Of a DNA stretch of 32,000 nucleotides, positions 18,769 through 26,849 are shown piece after piece. The translations under genes were made by a program, and so were the position numbers. The notes under the pieces are model-generated. The model was not told the DNA's origin and did no database searches. It saw only the letters and a program-made list of their open reading frames with translations. The DNA comes from Candidatus Karelsulcia muelleri (GTDB lineage Bacteria; Bacteroidota; Bacteroidia; Flavobacteriales; Blattabacteriaceae), in NCBI RefSeq assembly GCF_016888765.1, contig NZ_CP069423.1, forward strand, positions 30,001 to 62,000, read 5' to 3'. Within the stretch, counting starts at the first letter, position 1. Each line of letters opens with the position of its first letter.

Positions 18769-19947
18769 ATGAATAGAGTAATTGTCGGTTTATCAGGAGG
18801 AGTAGATTCAAGTGTTGCCGCCTTAATATTAAAGAAGAAGGGATACGAAGTAATAGGAATATATCTTAAAAATAATTCTCAAAATTCTTTCTGTGATTGG
18901 GAAGAAGAAAGTATATCAGCTCTTATGGTATCCCAACAACTTGGGATACCCTTTTATATATTTGATATAACTAATTATTATAAAAAAATAATTTTTGATT
19001 ATACAATTAATGAATATATTGGTGGGAAAACCCCTAACCCAGATGTACTATGTAATAATAAAATAAAATTCAAGATTTTTATAAAAAAATCAGTAATTTT
19101 AAAAGCAGATTATATTGCTACGGGTCATTACGTCAGAAAAAAAAAAACCTATCTAGCAGGAAAAACCATTTATAAACTATTTCCTGCTTTAGATAATAAA
19201 AAAGATCAATCTTATTTTTTATGTAATTTAAATCAAACTCAAATAAAAAAATCCTTATTTCCACTTGGAAAACTTAATAAAGAAAAGGTTAGAAAAATAG
19301 CCGAAGCTGCTAAATTAATTAATGCTAAAAGAAAAGATTCTCAAGGAATTTGTTTTTTAGGAAAAATTAATTTGTCTACAGTTATTAAGAAAAAAATAAA
19401 GAATAAATTAGGAAAAATTATAATTATAAATAAAAACTGTAAAGTTTATAAAAACAAGATATTATATGGCAGATCTACTCTAGAAAAATTAGATATTTTA
19501 TCACAAAAAATAAACTATAGACCTAAATATGGGAAAATAATAGGCTATCATAAAGGGGTGTCTTATTTTACAAAAGGACAAAGAAAAGGTCTCAAAATAG
19601 GAGGCTTAAGTAAACCAATATTTGTTATAGAGAAAGATTTAAAACAAAATATATTATATGTCGGACTAGGGAATCACCATCCTGGCTTATTTAATTCAGT
19701 AATTTTTATAAAAACAGAAAATATTAATTGGATTTATAAAAAATATAAAAATTTAATTGATAAAAAAAATCCTTTTAAAGTAAAAGCTAAGATACGCTCA
19801 AGACAAAGGTTTCAACTGGCCAGTTTATATAATATTAAACAAGGGATATATATTTATTTTAATTCTCCTCAACGAGCTCTGTCAGCTGGACAATATATAG
19901 TATTGTATTTTAGAAATGAATTAATTGGTTCTTGCTTGTATAATTAG
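18769..19947 (+). CDS. mnmA: tRNA-specific 2-thiouridylase
   Basis: RVIVGLSGGVDSSVAALILKKKG, GKTPNPDVLCNNKIKF, GHYVRK, DNKKDQSYFL, DSQGICFLG, FTKGQRKGLKIGG. Confidence 0.96.
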   Translation: MNRVIVGLSGGVDSSVAALILKKKGYEVIGIYLKNNSQNSFCDWEEESISALMVSQQLGIPFYIFDITNYYKKIIFDYTINEYIGGKTPNPDVLCNNKIKFKIFIKKSVILKADYIATGHYVRKKKTYLAGKTIYKLFPALDNKKDQSYFLCNLNQTQIKKSLFPLGKLNKEKVRKIAEAAKLINAKRKDSQGICFLGKINLSTVIKKKIKNKLGKIIIINKNCKVYKNKILYGRSTLEKLDILSQKINYRPKYGKIIGYHKGVSYFTKGQRKGLKIGGLSKPIFVIEKDLKQNILYVGLGNHHPGLFNSVIFIKTENINWIYKKYKNLIDKKNPFKVKAKIRSRQRFQLASLYNIKQGIYIYFNSPQRALSAGQYIVLYFRNELIGSCLYN

Positions 19948-21001
19948 TGGAGATTTTAAATCTCCAATTAAAAGGATCATTGGATAAATTATGCTGTATA
20001 TCTAATATATATTTTTTAAAATAATAAGAAATTCTGTTTTTATTATTTAAAGCAGGTAATATATAATTACTGTTTTGTATACTAATTAATTTTAAAGGAT
20101 TAATTATTACAGCAGTACCACTACCAAAGATTTCATTAACTAAGTTTTTTTTAAAATAGTATTTTAATTCTTCAACAGTTAAGTATCTTTCCTCTACTTT
20201 AATTTTATTTCTTTTTGCTATATCTATAATACTTTTACGAGTTACTCCATTAAGAATTTTCTCATCTGCTGGAGCCGTAATCAGACAATTTTTAATATAA
20301 AAAAACACATTCATAGTACCAGCTTCTTCAATAATGGAATGTGTAGCTGAATCAGTCCATAAAATTTGATCATAACCTTCTGCTTTAGCTTTTTGGGTTG
20401 GAAAAAATGAAGCCGCATAGTTTCCTGCTGCTTTAATAAAGCCAATTCCACCATTAGTAGATCTACTATATTTTTGTTCTATTTTAACTTTTAATGGTCT
20501 GGAATAATAATTATTTACAGGGGTACAAATAACTAAAAAAATATAATTTGAACTTGGTTTGGCTGATAAGGGACCAGCTGAGGCTATCATAAAGGGTCTG
20601 ATATATAATGAATATCCATATTTCATTGGAATCCAATTCTTATCCAAGTTTAATAAATTAATTAATCCCTCAAAAAATATATTATATGGAATAGTTGGCA
20701 TTGCTAAACGTTTAGCGGAAATATTCAAACGATGAAAATTTTCTAAAGGTCTAAATAAAAAAACATTTTTTTCTTTATCTTTGAATGCTTTCATACCTTC
20801 AAAAATTGCTTGACCATAATGAAAAACTAAAGTAATTGGAGAAAAACTAAAATTACTAAATGGTTTTATTATAGGTTCATTCCAAGTTTCATTTTTATAT
20901 TCACAATATAATATATGATCAGAAAAATATTTTCCAAAAGGAATATCTATCTCCCAATTAATTTTATCTATACTAGATATTTGGCATTTTTCAATACGCA
21001 T
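19910..21001 (-). CDS. ilvE: branched-chain amino acid aminotransferase
   Basis: FHYGQAIFEGMKAF...FLFRPLENFHRLNISAKRLAMPTIP...YIRPFMIA...ERYLTVEELKYYFKKNLVNEIFGSGTAVII. Confidence 0.93.
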   Translation of the reverse strand: MRIEKCQISSIDKINWEIDIPFGKYFSDHILYCEYKNETWNEPIIKPFSNFSFSPITLVFHYGQAIFEGMKAFKDKEKNVFLFRPLENFHRLNISAKRLAMPTIPYNIFFEGLINLLNLDKNWIPMKYGYSLYIRPFMIASAGPLSAKPSSNYIFLVICTPVNNYYSRPLKVKIEQKYSRSTNGGIGFIKAAGNYAASFFPTQKAKAEGYDQILWTDSATHSIIEEAGTMNVFFYIKNCLITAPADEKILNGVTRKSIIDIAKRNKIKVEERYLTVEELKYYFKKNLVNEIFGSGTAVIINPLKLISIQNSNYILPALNNKNRISYYFKKYILDIQHNLSNDPFNWRFKISTNYTSKNQLIHF

Positions 21002-21070
21002 ATATTAACATTCTTATTATGAGTCTTCTGCTTAGATTAAGCTTAATATTAAGAAGCAATAAAAATCTTA

Positions 21071-21523
21071 ATGATTTTACAAATTATTAAATATGGAGAT
21101 AAAATTTTACATAAAAAATGTAAAAAGATAAAACAGAATATTTTCTTCGAAGGTCTCTTTGAAAATATGTTTAATACATTACTTGAAAATATGTTTAATA
21201 CATTACTTAAGTATGGAGGAGTAGGTTTAGCTGCTCCTCAAATTGGGATTTCTTTGCGATTATTTATAATCAATTCTTTTGATTCAAGAAAAAACATTTT
21301 TTTAAATACTAAAATTTTAAAACAATTTGGAGTTTATAAAGAGTATTGCGAAGGTTGTTTAAGTCTACCGAAAAGTTTTTATAGAATTAAAAGGAAAGAA
21401 ATCATTTTAATTGAATATTTTGATGAAAAGTGGAGACGACATAATATACATATTAAAGGTTTTTTAGCTCGCGTTATTTTACATGAATCTGATCATATAA
21501 ATGGAAAACTTATAATTCTTTAA
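21071..21523 (+). CDS. def: peptide deformylase (short C-terminus)
   Basis: GVGLAAPQIG, EGCLSLP, HESDHINGKL: all three deformylase motifs. Confidence 0.95.
   Translation: MILQIIKYGDKILHKKCKKIKQNIFFEGLFENMFNTLLENMFNTLLKYGGVGLAAPQIGISLRLFIINSFDSRKNIFLNTKILKQFGVYKEYCEGCLSLPKSFYRIKRKEIILIEYFDEKWRRHNIHIKGFLARVILHESDHINGKLIIL
21161..21208 (+). repeat. 24-bp perfect tandem duplication GAAAATATGTTTAATACATTACTT x2 inside def
   Basis: Encodes ENMFNTLL-ENMFNTLL. Confidence 0.95.
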
Positions 21524-21851
21524 TCAGTTTCTTAAAGAGATTATATTTATTAATAATAATATTTGATATCGTTTTACGAGTTAATTTTAAATTCTTATTT
21601 TTTAATATATTAATAAAATTAGAATAATTGAAACCAAATTTTCGAACAGCAGTATTAATTCTAATAATCCATAGCTTTCTAAAATTACGTTTTTTTTGTT
21701 TTCTACCTATATATGAGTAACACCTAGATTTTTCTACTGCATTTTTGGCAACAGTGTATAATTTACTTCTAGCACCATAAAAACCTTTTGCTAGTTTTAA
21801 AATCTTTTTCCTTTTTTTTTTAGCTGCAACTGAATTAACTGATCTTGGCAT
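21510..21851 (-). CDS. rplT: 50S ribosomal protein L20
   Basis: MPRSVNSVAAKKKRKKILKLAKGFYGARSKLYTVAKNAVEKS; infC-rpmI-rplT order. Confidence 0.97.
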   Translation of the reverse strand: MPRSVNSVAAKKKRKKILKLAKGFYGARSKLYTVAKNAVEKSRCYSYIGRKQKKRNFRKLWIIRINTAVRKFGFNYSNFINILKNKNLKLTRKTISNIIINKYNLFKKLIKEL

Positions 21852-21854
21852 ATA

Positions 21855-22061
21855 TTATAATAATAATAATTTTTTTATTTTAGTTTTTAGATAATTATTG
21901 ATTATATCTAAATTAGATAATCTTCTTTTCCTTTTCTTAGATTTTTTAGTTAATATATGATTTTTAAAAGCTTTTTTTCTTTTGAGTAAACCCTTACTGG
22001 TTATTTTAATTCTTTTTTTTAAACTTGATTTCCTTCTTAATTTCTTTTTTTTTATTTTCAT
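21855..22061 (-). CDS. rpmI: 50S ribosomal protein L35
   Basis: SSLKKRIKITSKGLLKRKKAFKNHILTKKSKKRKRRL. Confidence 0.95.
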   Translation of the reverse strand: MKIKKKKLRRKSSLKKRIKITSKGLLKRKKAFKNHILTKKSKKRKRRLSNLDIINNYLKTKIKKLLLL

Positions 22062-22073
22062 TTATTTAGTCAT

Positions 22074-22595
22074 TTAGTTTAGTTTATGTGAAACTTTAGG
22101 TATTAATACTATAAACATTTTTTTTTCTTCCATTCTTGGTGGAATTTCTACTTTGGTAATATTACTAAGTAATTCAATACATTTTAATAACATTTTTTCT
22201 CCTAAATATTTGTAAAATATACTTCTACCTTTAAAAAAGATAGAAAATTTAACTTTATTATTAGATTTTAATATTTTTTTAGCATTTTCGATTTTAAACG
22301 ATAAATCATGTATATTAGTCTGAGAAGTTAGTCTTATTTCTTTAGTCAAAATTACATTTTTTTTATATTTTTTTTTACTTTTTTTTAAGTTATATAAAAA
22401 TTTACTAAAATTCATGGCTTTACAAATTGTCGGAGTAACTTTTGGATTAATTTCTACTAAATCTAGAGAAAGATCTTTGGCTATTTTTAAAGCTTGTTTT
22501 AATGGGTAAACTTTTGGTTTAATGTTTTTTCCAACTAATCTGACTACTTTTGATCTTATTTCAGAATTTATTTTATATTTTATTTGTTTTATCAA
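22074..22595 (-). CDS. infC: translation initiation factor IF-3
   Basis: KINSEIRSKVVRLVG...DLSLDLVEINPKVTPTICKAMNFSKFLYNLKK; KEIRLT-type TKEIRLTSQTNIHDL. Confidence 0.95.
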   Translation of the reverse strand: MIKQIKYKINSEIRSKVVRLVGKNIKPKVYPLKQALKIAKDLSLDLVEINPKVTPTICKAMNFSKFLYNLKKSKKKYKKNVILTKEIRLTSQTNIHDLSFKIENAKKILKSNNKVKFSIFFKGRSIFYKYLGEKMLLKCIELLSNITKVEIPPRMEEKKMFIVLIPKVSHKLN

Positions 22596-22628
22596 ATTTT
22601 GGAGTTTTTCTTGATAAGATTAGTAGGG

Positions 22629-24491
22629 TTATTTAACCTCTTCATAATCTACATCTTGTACTTGGGAATCACTAGAGTTTTTCTTATCGTTTTCGTTTTT
22701 ATTAAAAATTTCTTGTGAAATAGCCCAAAATTTATTAATCTTATTAACATATTTCTCAATATCTAGAAAGTTTTTATTACTTGTAGCTTGTTTTAATTTT
22801 AATAAATAAGTTTCTATATTTTTTAGTTTTTCAGGAGTTAATTTGTTTCCATATTCTTTAATATATTTCTCAGATTGAAAAATTAATGTATCAGCATAAT
22901 TAATTTGATCGATTTCTTTTTTCAATTTTTCGTCTCTTTCATAATTTTTTTCGGCCTCTTTTTTCATTTTTTCTATATCTTCTTTGCTTAAACCAGAAGA
23001 AGCTTGAATTCTAATTCTTTGTTCTCTTCCAGTTCCTTTTTCTTTAGCAGAAACATTTAAAATGCCATTAGCATCTATATCAAAACATACTTCTATTTGA
23101 GGTATTCCTCTTGGAGCTGGCGGAATGTCAACTAAATCAAATTGCCCAATTTCTTTATTATCTTTAAATAATGGTCTTTCTCCTTGTCCCACTTTAACTG
23201 TTACCGCTGATTGGTTATCAATTGCTGTAGAAAATATCTCGGATTTTCTAGTTGGTATTGTCGTGTTAGCTTCTATTAACTTAGTAAAAACACCTCCTAA
23301 GGTTTCTATTCCTAAAGACAATGGAGTTACATCTAATAATAAAACATCTTTTACATCACCTGCTAATACTCCACCTTGAATAGCGGCACCAATAGCTACG
23401 ACTTCATCTGGATTAACTCCTTTTGAAGGAACTCTTTGAAAAAATTTCTCTACTTCTTCTTGAATTTTTGGGATTCTAGTTGATCCCCCTACTAAAATAA
23501 CTTCATTTATATCTTTTACTTTTAAAGCGGCAGCTTTTAAAGCCTCTTTACAAGGAGAAATAGATCTTTTAACTAATTGATCAGATAACTCTTCAAATTT
23601 GGCTCTTGTTAAGGTTTTAACTAAATGTTTTGGTCCAGTTGAGGTTGCTGTTATATAAGGTAAATTAATTTCTGTTTTAGTACTAGAAGAAAGTTCAATT
23701 TTGGATTTTTCTGCTGATTCTTTTAGTCTTTGATGTGCAATAGGATCATTCCCAAGATTTATTCCTTGTTCTGCTTTAAATTCTGTTATTAACCAATTGA
23801 TTATAATTTTATCAAAATCATCTCCTCCGAGATGAGTATCACCGTTTGTTGATAAGACTTCAAACACTCCATCTCCCAATTCAAGAATTGAAATATCAAA
23901 AGTGCCACCACCTAAATCATAAACTACTATTTTTTTATTTTGATTATTTTTATCTAAGCCATAAGCCAAAGCAGCTGCTGTTGGCTCATTGATTATTCGG
24001 GCTACTTCTAGTCCAGCAATTTCACCCGCCTCTTTAGTAGCTTGACGTTGTGAATCATTAAAATATGCTGGGACTGTAATTACCGCTTTAGTAACTTTAT
24101 ATCCTAAGTAATCTGCAGCAGTTTGTTTCATTTTTTGAAGTATCATTGCAGATATTTCTTGTGGAGAATATAATTTTTTCTCTATTTTTACTCTTGGAGT
24201 ATCGTTTTCACCTTTAATAATTTCATATGGTACATATTTTAATTCTTCCATTACTTCAGAATATTTTCTCCCCATAAAACGTTTAATAGAGAATATAGTA
24301 TTTTTAGGATTAGTTACTGCTTGGCGTTTAGCTGGGTCACCTATTTTCATTTCTCCTCCTTCGGTAAAGGCTATTATTGAAGGGGTGGTACGTTTTCCTT
24401 CAGAATTTGGTATAACCGTTGGACCATTTACTTCAATAACTGAAACACAAGAATTAGTAGTACCTAAATCTATACCTATTATTTTATTCAT
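22629..24491 (-). CDS. dnaK: chaperone DnaK (Hsp70)
   Basis: [56 protein letters not shown]; C-terminal DVDYEEVK. Confidence 0.99.
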   Translation of the reverse strand: MNKIIGIDLGTTNSCVSVIEVNGPTVIPNSEGKRTTPSIIAFTEGGEMKIGDPAKRQAVTNPKNTIFSIKRFMGRKYSEVMEELKYVPYEIIKGENDTPRVKIEKKLYSPQEISAMILQKMKQTAADYLGYKVTKAVITVPAYFNDSQRQATKEAGEIAGLEVARIINEPTAAALAYGLDKNNQNKKIVVYDLGGGTFDISILELGDGVFEVLSTNGDTHLGGDDFDKIIINWLITEFKAEQGINLGNDPIAHQRLKESAEKSKIELSSSTKTEINLPYITATSTGPKHLVKTLTRAKFEELSDQLVKRSISPCKEALKAAALKVKDINEVILVGGSTRIPKIQEEVEKFFQRVPSKGVNPDEVVAIGAAIQGGVLAGDVKDVLLLDVTPLSLGIETLGGVFTKLIEANTTIPTRKSEIFSTAIDNQSAVTVKVGQGERPLFKDNKEIGQFDLVDIPPAPRGIPQIEVCFDIDANGILNVSAKEKGTGREQRIRIQASSGLSKEDIEKMKKEAEKNYERDEKLKKEIDQINYADTLIFQSEKYIKEYGNKLTPEKLKNIETYLLKLKQATSNKNFLDIEKYVNKINKFWAISQEIFNKNENDKKNSSDSQVQDVDYEEVK

Positions 24492-24511
24492 GTTAAATTC
24501 AAATTAAACCT

Positions 24512-24577
24512 TAATATAATATAATATAATATAATATAATATAATATAATATAATATAATATAATATAATATAATAT
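24512..24577. repeat. Pentanucleotide microsatellite (TAATA)13 in the dnaK/rplM divergent spacer
   Basis: Perfect 5-bp-period array; the plus strand has TATAAT every 5 bp. Confidence 0.95.
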
Positions 24578-24591
24578 TATAACTCAAAACA

Positions 24592-24990
24592 GTGAAAACA
24601 AAAATTAATTGGTATATTTTTAATGCCTTTAATCAACGTCTCGGACGTTTAGCATCTGTTATTGCTTGTATAATTATTGGAAAACATCAAATTAATTTTT
24701 CTCCACATAGTTATGGAGATAAAGTTATTATTATTAACGCTAAACATATAATTTTAGGAGGGAGTAAAAAAAAGAAGAAAACATATATTAGTTATAGTGG
24801 ATATCCAGGAGGTAAAAAAGTAAAGAAAGTATCTGAATTAATAAAAACCAGACCAGAATTTATAATTAGAAAAGCTGTATTAGGTATGTTACCTAAAAAT
24901 TATTTTAAAAAAAAAATAAAAAATTTATATATATTTCCTAATAATAGACATAATATTAAAAATGTTAATAATGTTAAATATTTTTATTAA
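24592..24990 (+). CDS. rplM: 50S ribosomal protein L13 (GTG start)
   Basis: WYIFNAFNQRLGRLAS, DKVIIINAKHIILGG, YSGYPGGKK, AVLGMLPKN. Confidence 0.95.
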   Translation: MKTKINWYIFNAFNQRLGRLASVIACIIIGKHQINFSPHSYGDKVIIINAKHIILGGSKKKKKTYISYSGYPGGKKVKKVSELIKTRPEFIIRKAVLGMLPKNYFKKKIKNLYIFPNNRHNIKNVNNVKYFY

Positions 24991-25373
24991 TGAAAAAATA
25001 TATTTCTAATTCTGTAGGACGTAGAAAAACTTCAGTAGCAAGATTATATCTTAAACCAGGGACTGGTAAAATTATTATTAATAATAAAACTTTTTTAAAA
25101 CACTATGGTTTGAAGAATAAAATATTTCAACCATTAGAACTAACTAATAATAATGGGAAATTTGATATTTATATTAATATATATGGTGGCGGAGTCACTA
25201 GTCAAGCTGAAGCTATTATTTTAGCTCTATCTAGAAGTTTATGTAAAATACAGAAATCTGCTAGAAAAATCTTAAAACTAAAGAAATTACTTACTCGTGA
25301 CTCGAGAATGGTAGAACGAAAAAAATATGGGAGAAAGAAATCTCGTAAGAAGTTTCAATTTTCAAAAAGGTAA
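24990..25373 (+). CDS. rpsI: 30S ribosomal protein S9
   Basis: VGRRKTSVARLYLKPGTGKIIINN...GGGVTSQAEAI...LLTRDSRMVERKKYGRKKSRKKFQFSKR. Confidence 0.98.
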   Translation: MKKYISNSVGRRKTSVARLYLKPGTGKIIINNKTFLKHYGLKNKIFQPLELTNNNGKFDIYINIYGGGVTSQAEAIILALSRSLCKIQKSARKILKLKKLLTRDSRMVERKKYGRKKSRKKFQFSKR

Positions 25374-26086
25374 TGTATAAAGTCTCTAATTTATTAAAAG
25401 CTGGAGTTCATTTTGGACATGCTATATCTAAATTGAATCCAAAAATGAAACCTTATATTTTAAGGAAAAATAAGGGGATACATATAATCGATCTTTATAA
25501 GACTATCAAAAAATTATGCTTATCTTGTAATTATTTAAAGAAAATAGCTACTTCAGGGAAGGTAGTTTTATTTGTCGGAACCAAAAGACAAGCTAAAAAT
25601 ATAATTGCTTATTATGCTAAAAAGATTAATATGCCTTATATTAATGAACGTTGGCTGGGTGGATTATTAACTAATTTTTCTACAATACAAAAATCAATTT
25701 CTAAAATGAAAGTAATAGAAAAAAATAAGTCTTTAGGACTATATAACTTAATATCCAAAAAAGAAAGATTACTAATCTCACGAGTTCATAGTAAATTAAA
25801 AAAAAACTTAGGTACTGTTAGTCAACTCCAGGTTTTACCAGATTGTATCATTATTGTGGATATAAACAAAGAGAAACCAGCAGTTAATGAGGCCTTAAAA
25901 TTAGGAATTCCTATAGTTGGAATAGCTGATACTAATTCTAACCCTGATAAAATTAATTTTCCTATTCCTGGAAATGACGATAATTCTAAGTCAATTAACC
26001 TAATTTTATATTATATATCTAATGCTCTCGAAATAGGAATAGATTTATACTTGAAAAATAAAAAGAAATATTATGCAAAATCTTAA
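25373..26086 (+). CDS. rpsB: 30S ribosomal protein S2
   Basis: LLKAGVHFGHAISKLNPKMKPYI, FVGTKRQAKN, NERWLGGLLTNFSTI, PIVGIADTNSNPDKI. Confidence 0.98.
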   Translation: MYKVSNLLKAGVHFGHAISKLNPKMKPYILRKNKGIHIIDLYKTIKKLCLSCNYLKKIATSGKVVLFVGTKRQAKNIIAYYAKKINMPYINERWLGGLLTNFSTIQKSISKMKVIEKNKSLGLYNLISKKERLLISRVHSKLKKNLGTVSQLQVLPDCIIIVDINKEKPAVNEALKLGIPIVGIADTNSNPDKINFPIPGNDDNSKSINLILYYISNALEIGIDLYLKNKKKYYAKS

Positions 26087-26696
26087 ACAGATTAAGAAGT
26101 TAAGATCTCTTACTAGGGCCTCTCTTATGGCCTGTAAAAATGCAATTATTAAATCCAAAGGCAGACTAAATTTAGCGATTAATTTTTTGATTAATAATTC
26201 AAAGAATCTAAAAAAAAATTCTTTAAAAGAAAGTTTTCTAATATGCCGAAGAAATAAAAAGAAAAATAAAGCTGTAGCTATTCTAATAGCTACAGAAACT
26301 GAGTTTGTAACTCAAAACGATATTTTTAAAAAATTAGCTAATATTATCTTGGAGGTTGCGTTATTTGGTAAGAATAAAAACAAGATACTAAAATCTCAAA
26401 TTCTGAATAAATTCCCACTATTTAAAATAGTAAATTATTTCTCAAATCATATTTTTAATGAATCTATTGAGTTAAAAACAATTGTTTTTCTTGAAGCACC
26501 TTTTCTTAATTTTTATATACATCATAGTTGGAAGAAAGCAGCTTTAGTTGGGTTCTCAGATTATATTCCAAATTTGGAACAAATATCAAAAAATATAGCT
26601 ATACAATTAGTATGTAATACTAATTATAATCCGAGTTATTTTACAAAATTATTATTATATAAAAATATCAAACTGGTTACTTGTCTTAATACCTAG
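26073..26696 (+). CDS. tsf: elongation factor Ts (short form)
   Basis: KKLRSLTRASLMACKNAI UBA-like start, ATETEFVTQNDIFKKLA, downstream of rpsB. Confidence 0.92.
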   Translation: MQNLKQIKKLRSLTRASLMACKNAIIKSKGRLNLAINFLINNSKNLKKNSLKESFLICRRNKKKNKAVAILIATETEFVTQNDIFKKLANIILEVALFGKNKNKILKSQILNKFPLFKIVNYFSNHIFNESIELKTIVFLEAPFLNFYIHHSWKKAALVGFSDYIPNLEQISKNIAIQLVCNTNYNPSYFTKLLLYKNIKLVTCLNT

Positions 26697-26771
26697 AGCG
26701 GGACTTGAACCCGCACAGCTGCTTGCTACAGGATTTTAAGTCCTGCGTGTATACCATTTCACCATCCAGGC
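26690..26771 (-). tRNA. tRNA-Leu (anticodon TAA)
   Basis: Reverse complement GCCTGGA...TCTAGGT acceptor (contains G-U pairs), anticodon loop CTTAAAA, long variable arm. Confidence 0.92.
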
Positions 26772-26776
26772 TATTA

Positions 26777-26849
26777 AGCGAGAAACGGGATTTGAACCCG
26801 CGACCCTTACCTTGGCAAGGTAATACTCTACCAATTAAGCTATTCTCGC
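26777..26849 (-). tRNA. tRNA-Gly (anticodon GCC)
   Basis: Reverse complement GCGAGAA...TTCTCGC acceptor, anticodon loop TTGCCAA, GGTTCAAATCC. Confidence 0.94.

Noticed and set aside
17311-18811. Minus-strand ORFs 17311-17502, 18259-18480 and 18617-18811
   Set aside because: Antisense to grpE and dnaJ; no motifs.
5508-21050. Shared palindrome ATTAAGCTTAAT upstream of htpG (about 5510) and between ilvE and def (about 21040)
   Set aside because: A 12-bp AT-rich palindrome seen only twice; could be chance in an AT-rich genome, with no other support for a regulator site.
23125-23379. 84-aa plus-strand ORF antisense to dnaK
   Set aside because: Explained by the conserved dnaK coding sequence on the minus strand.
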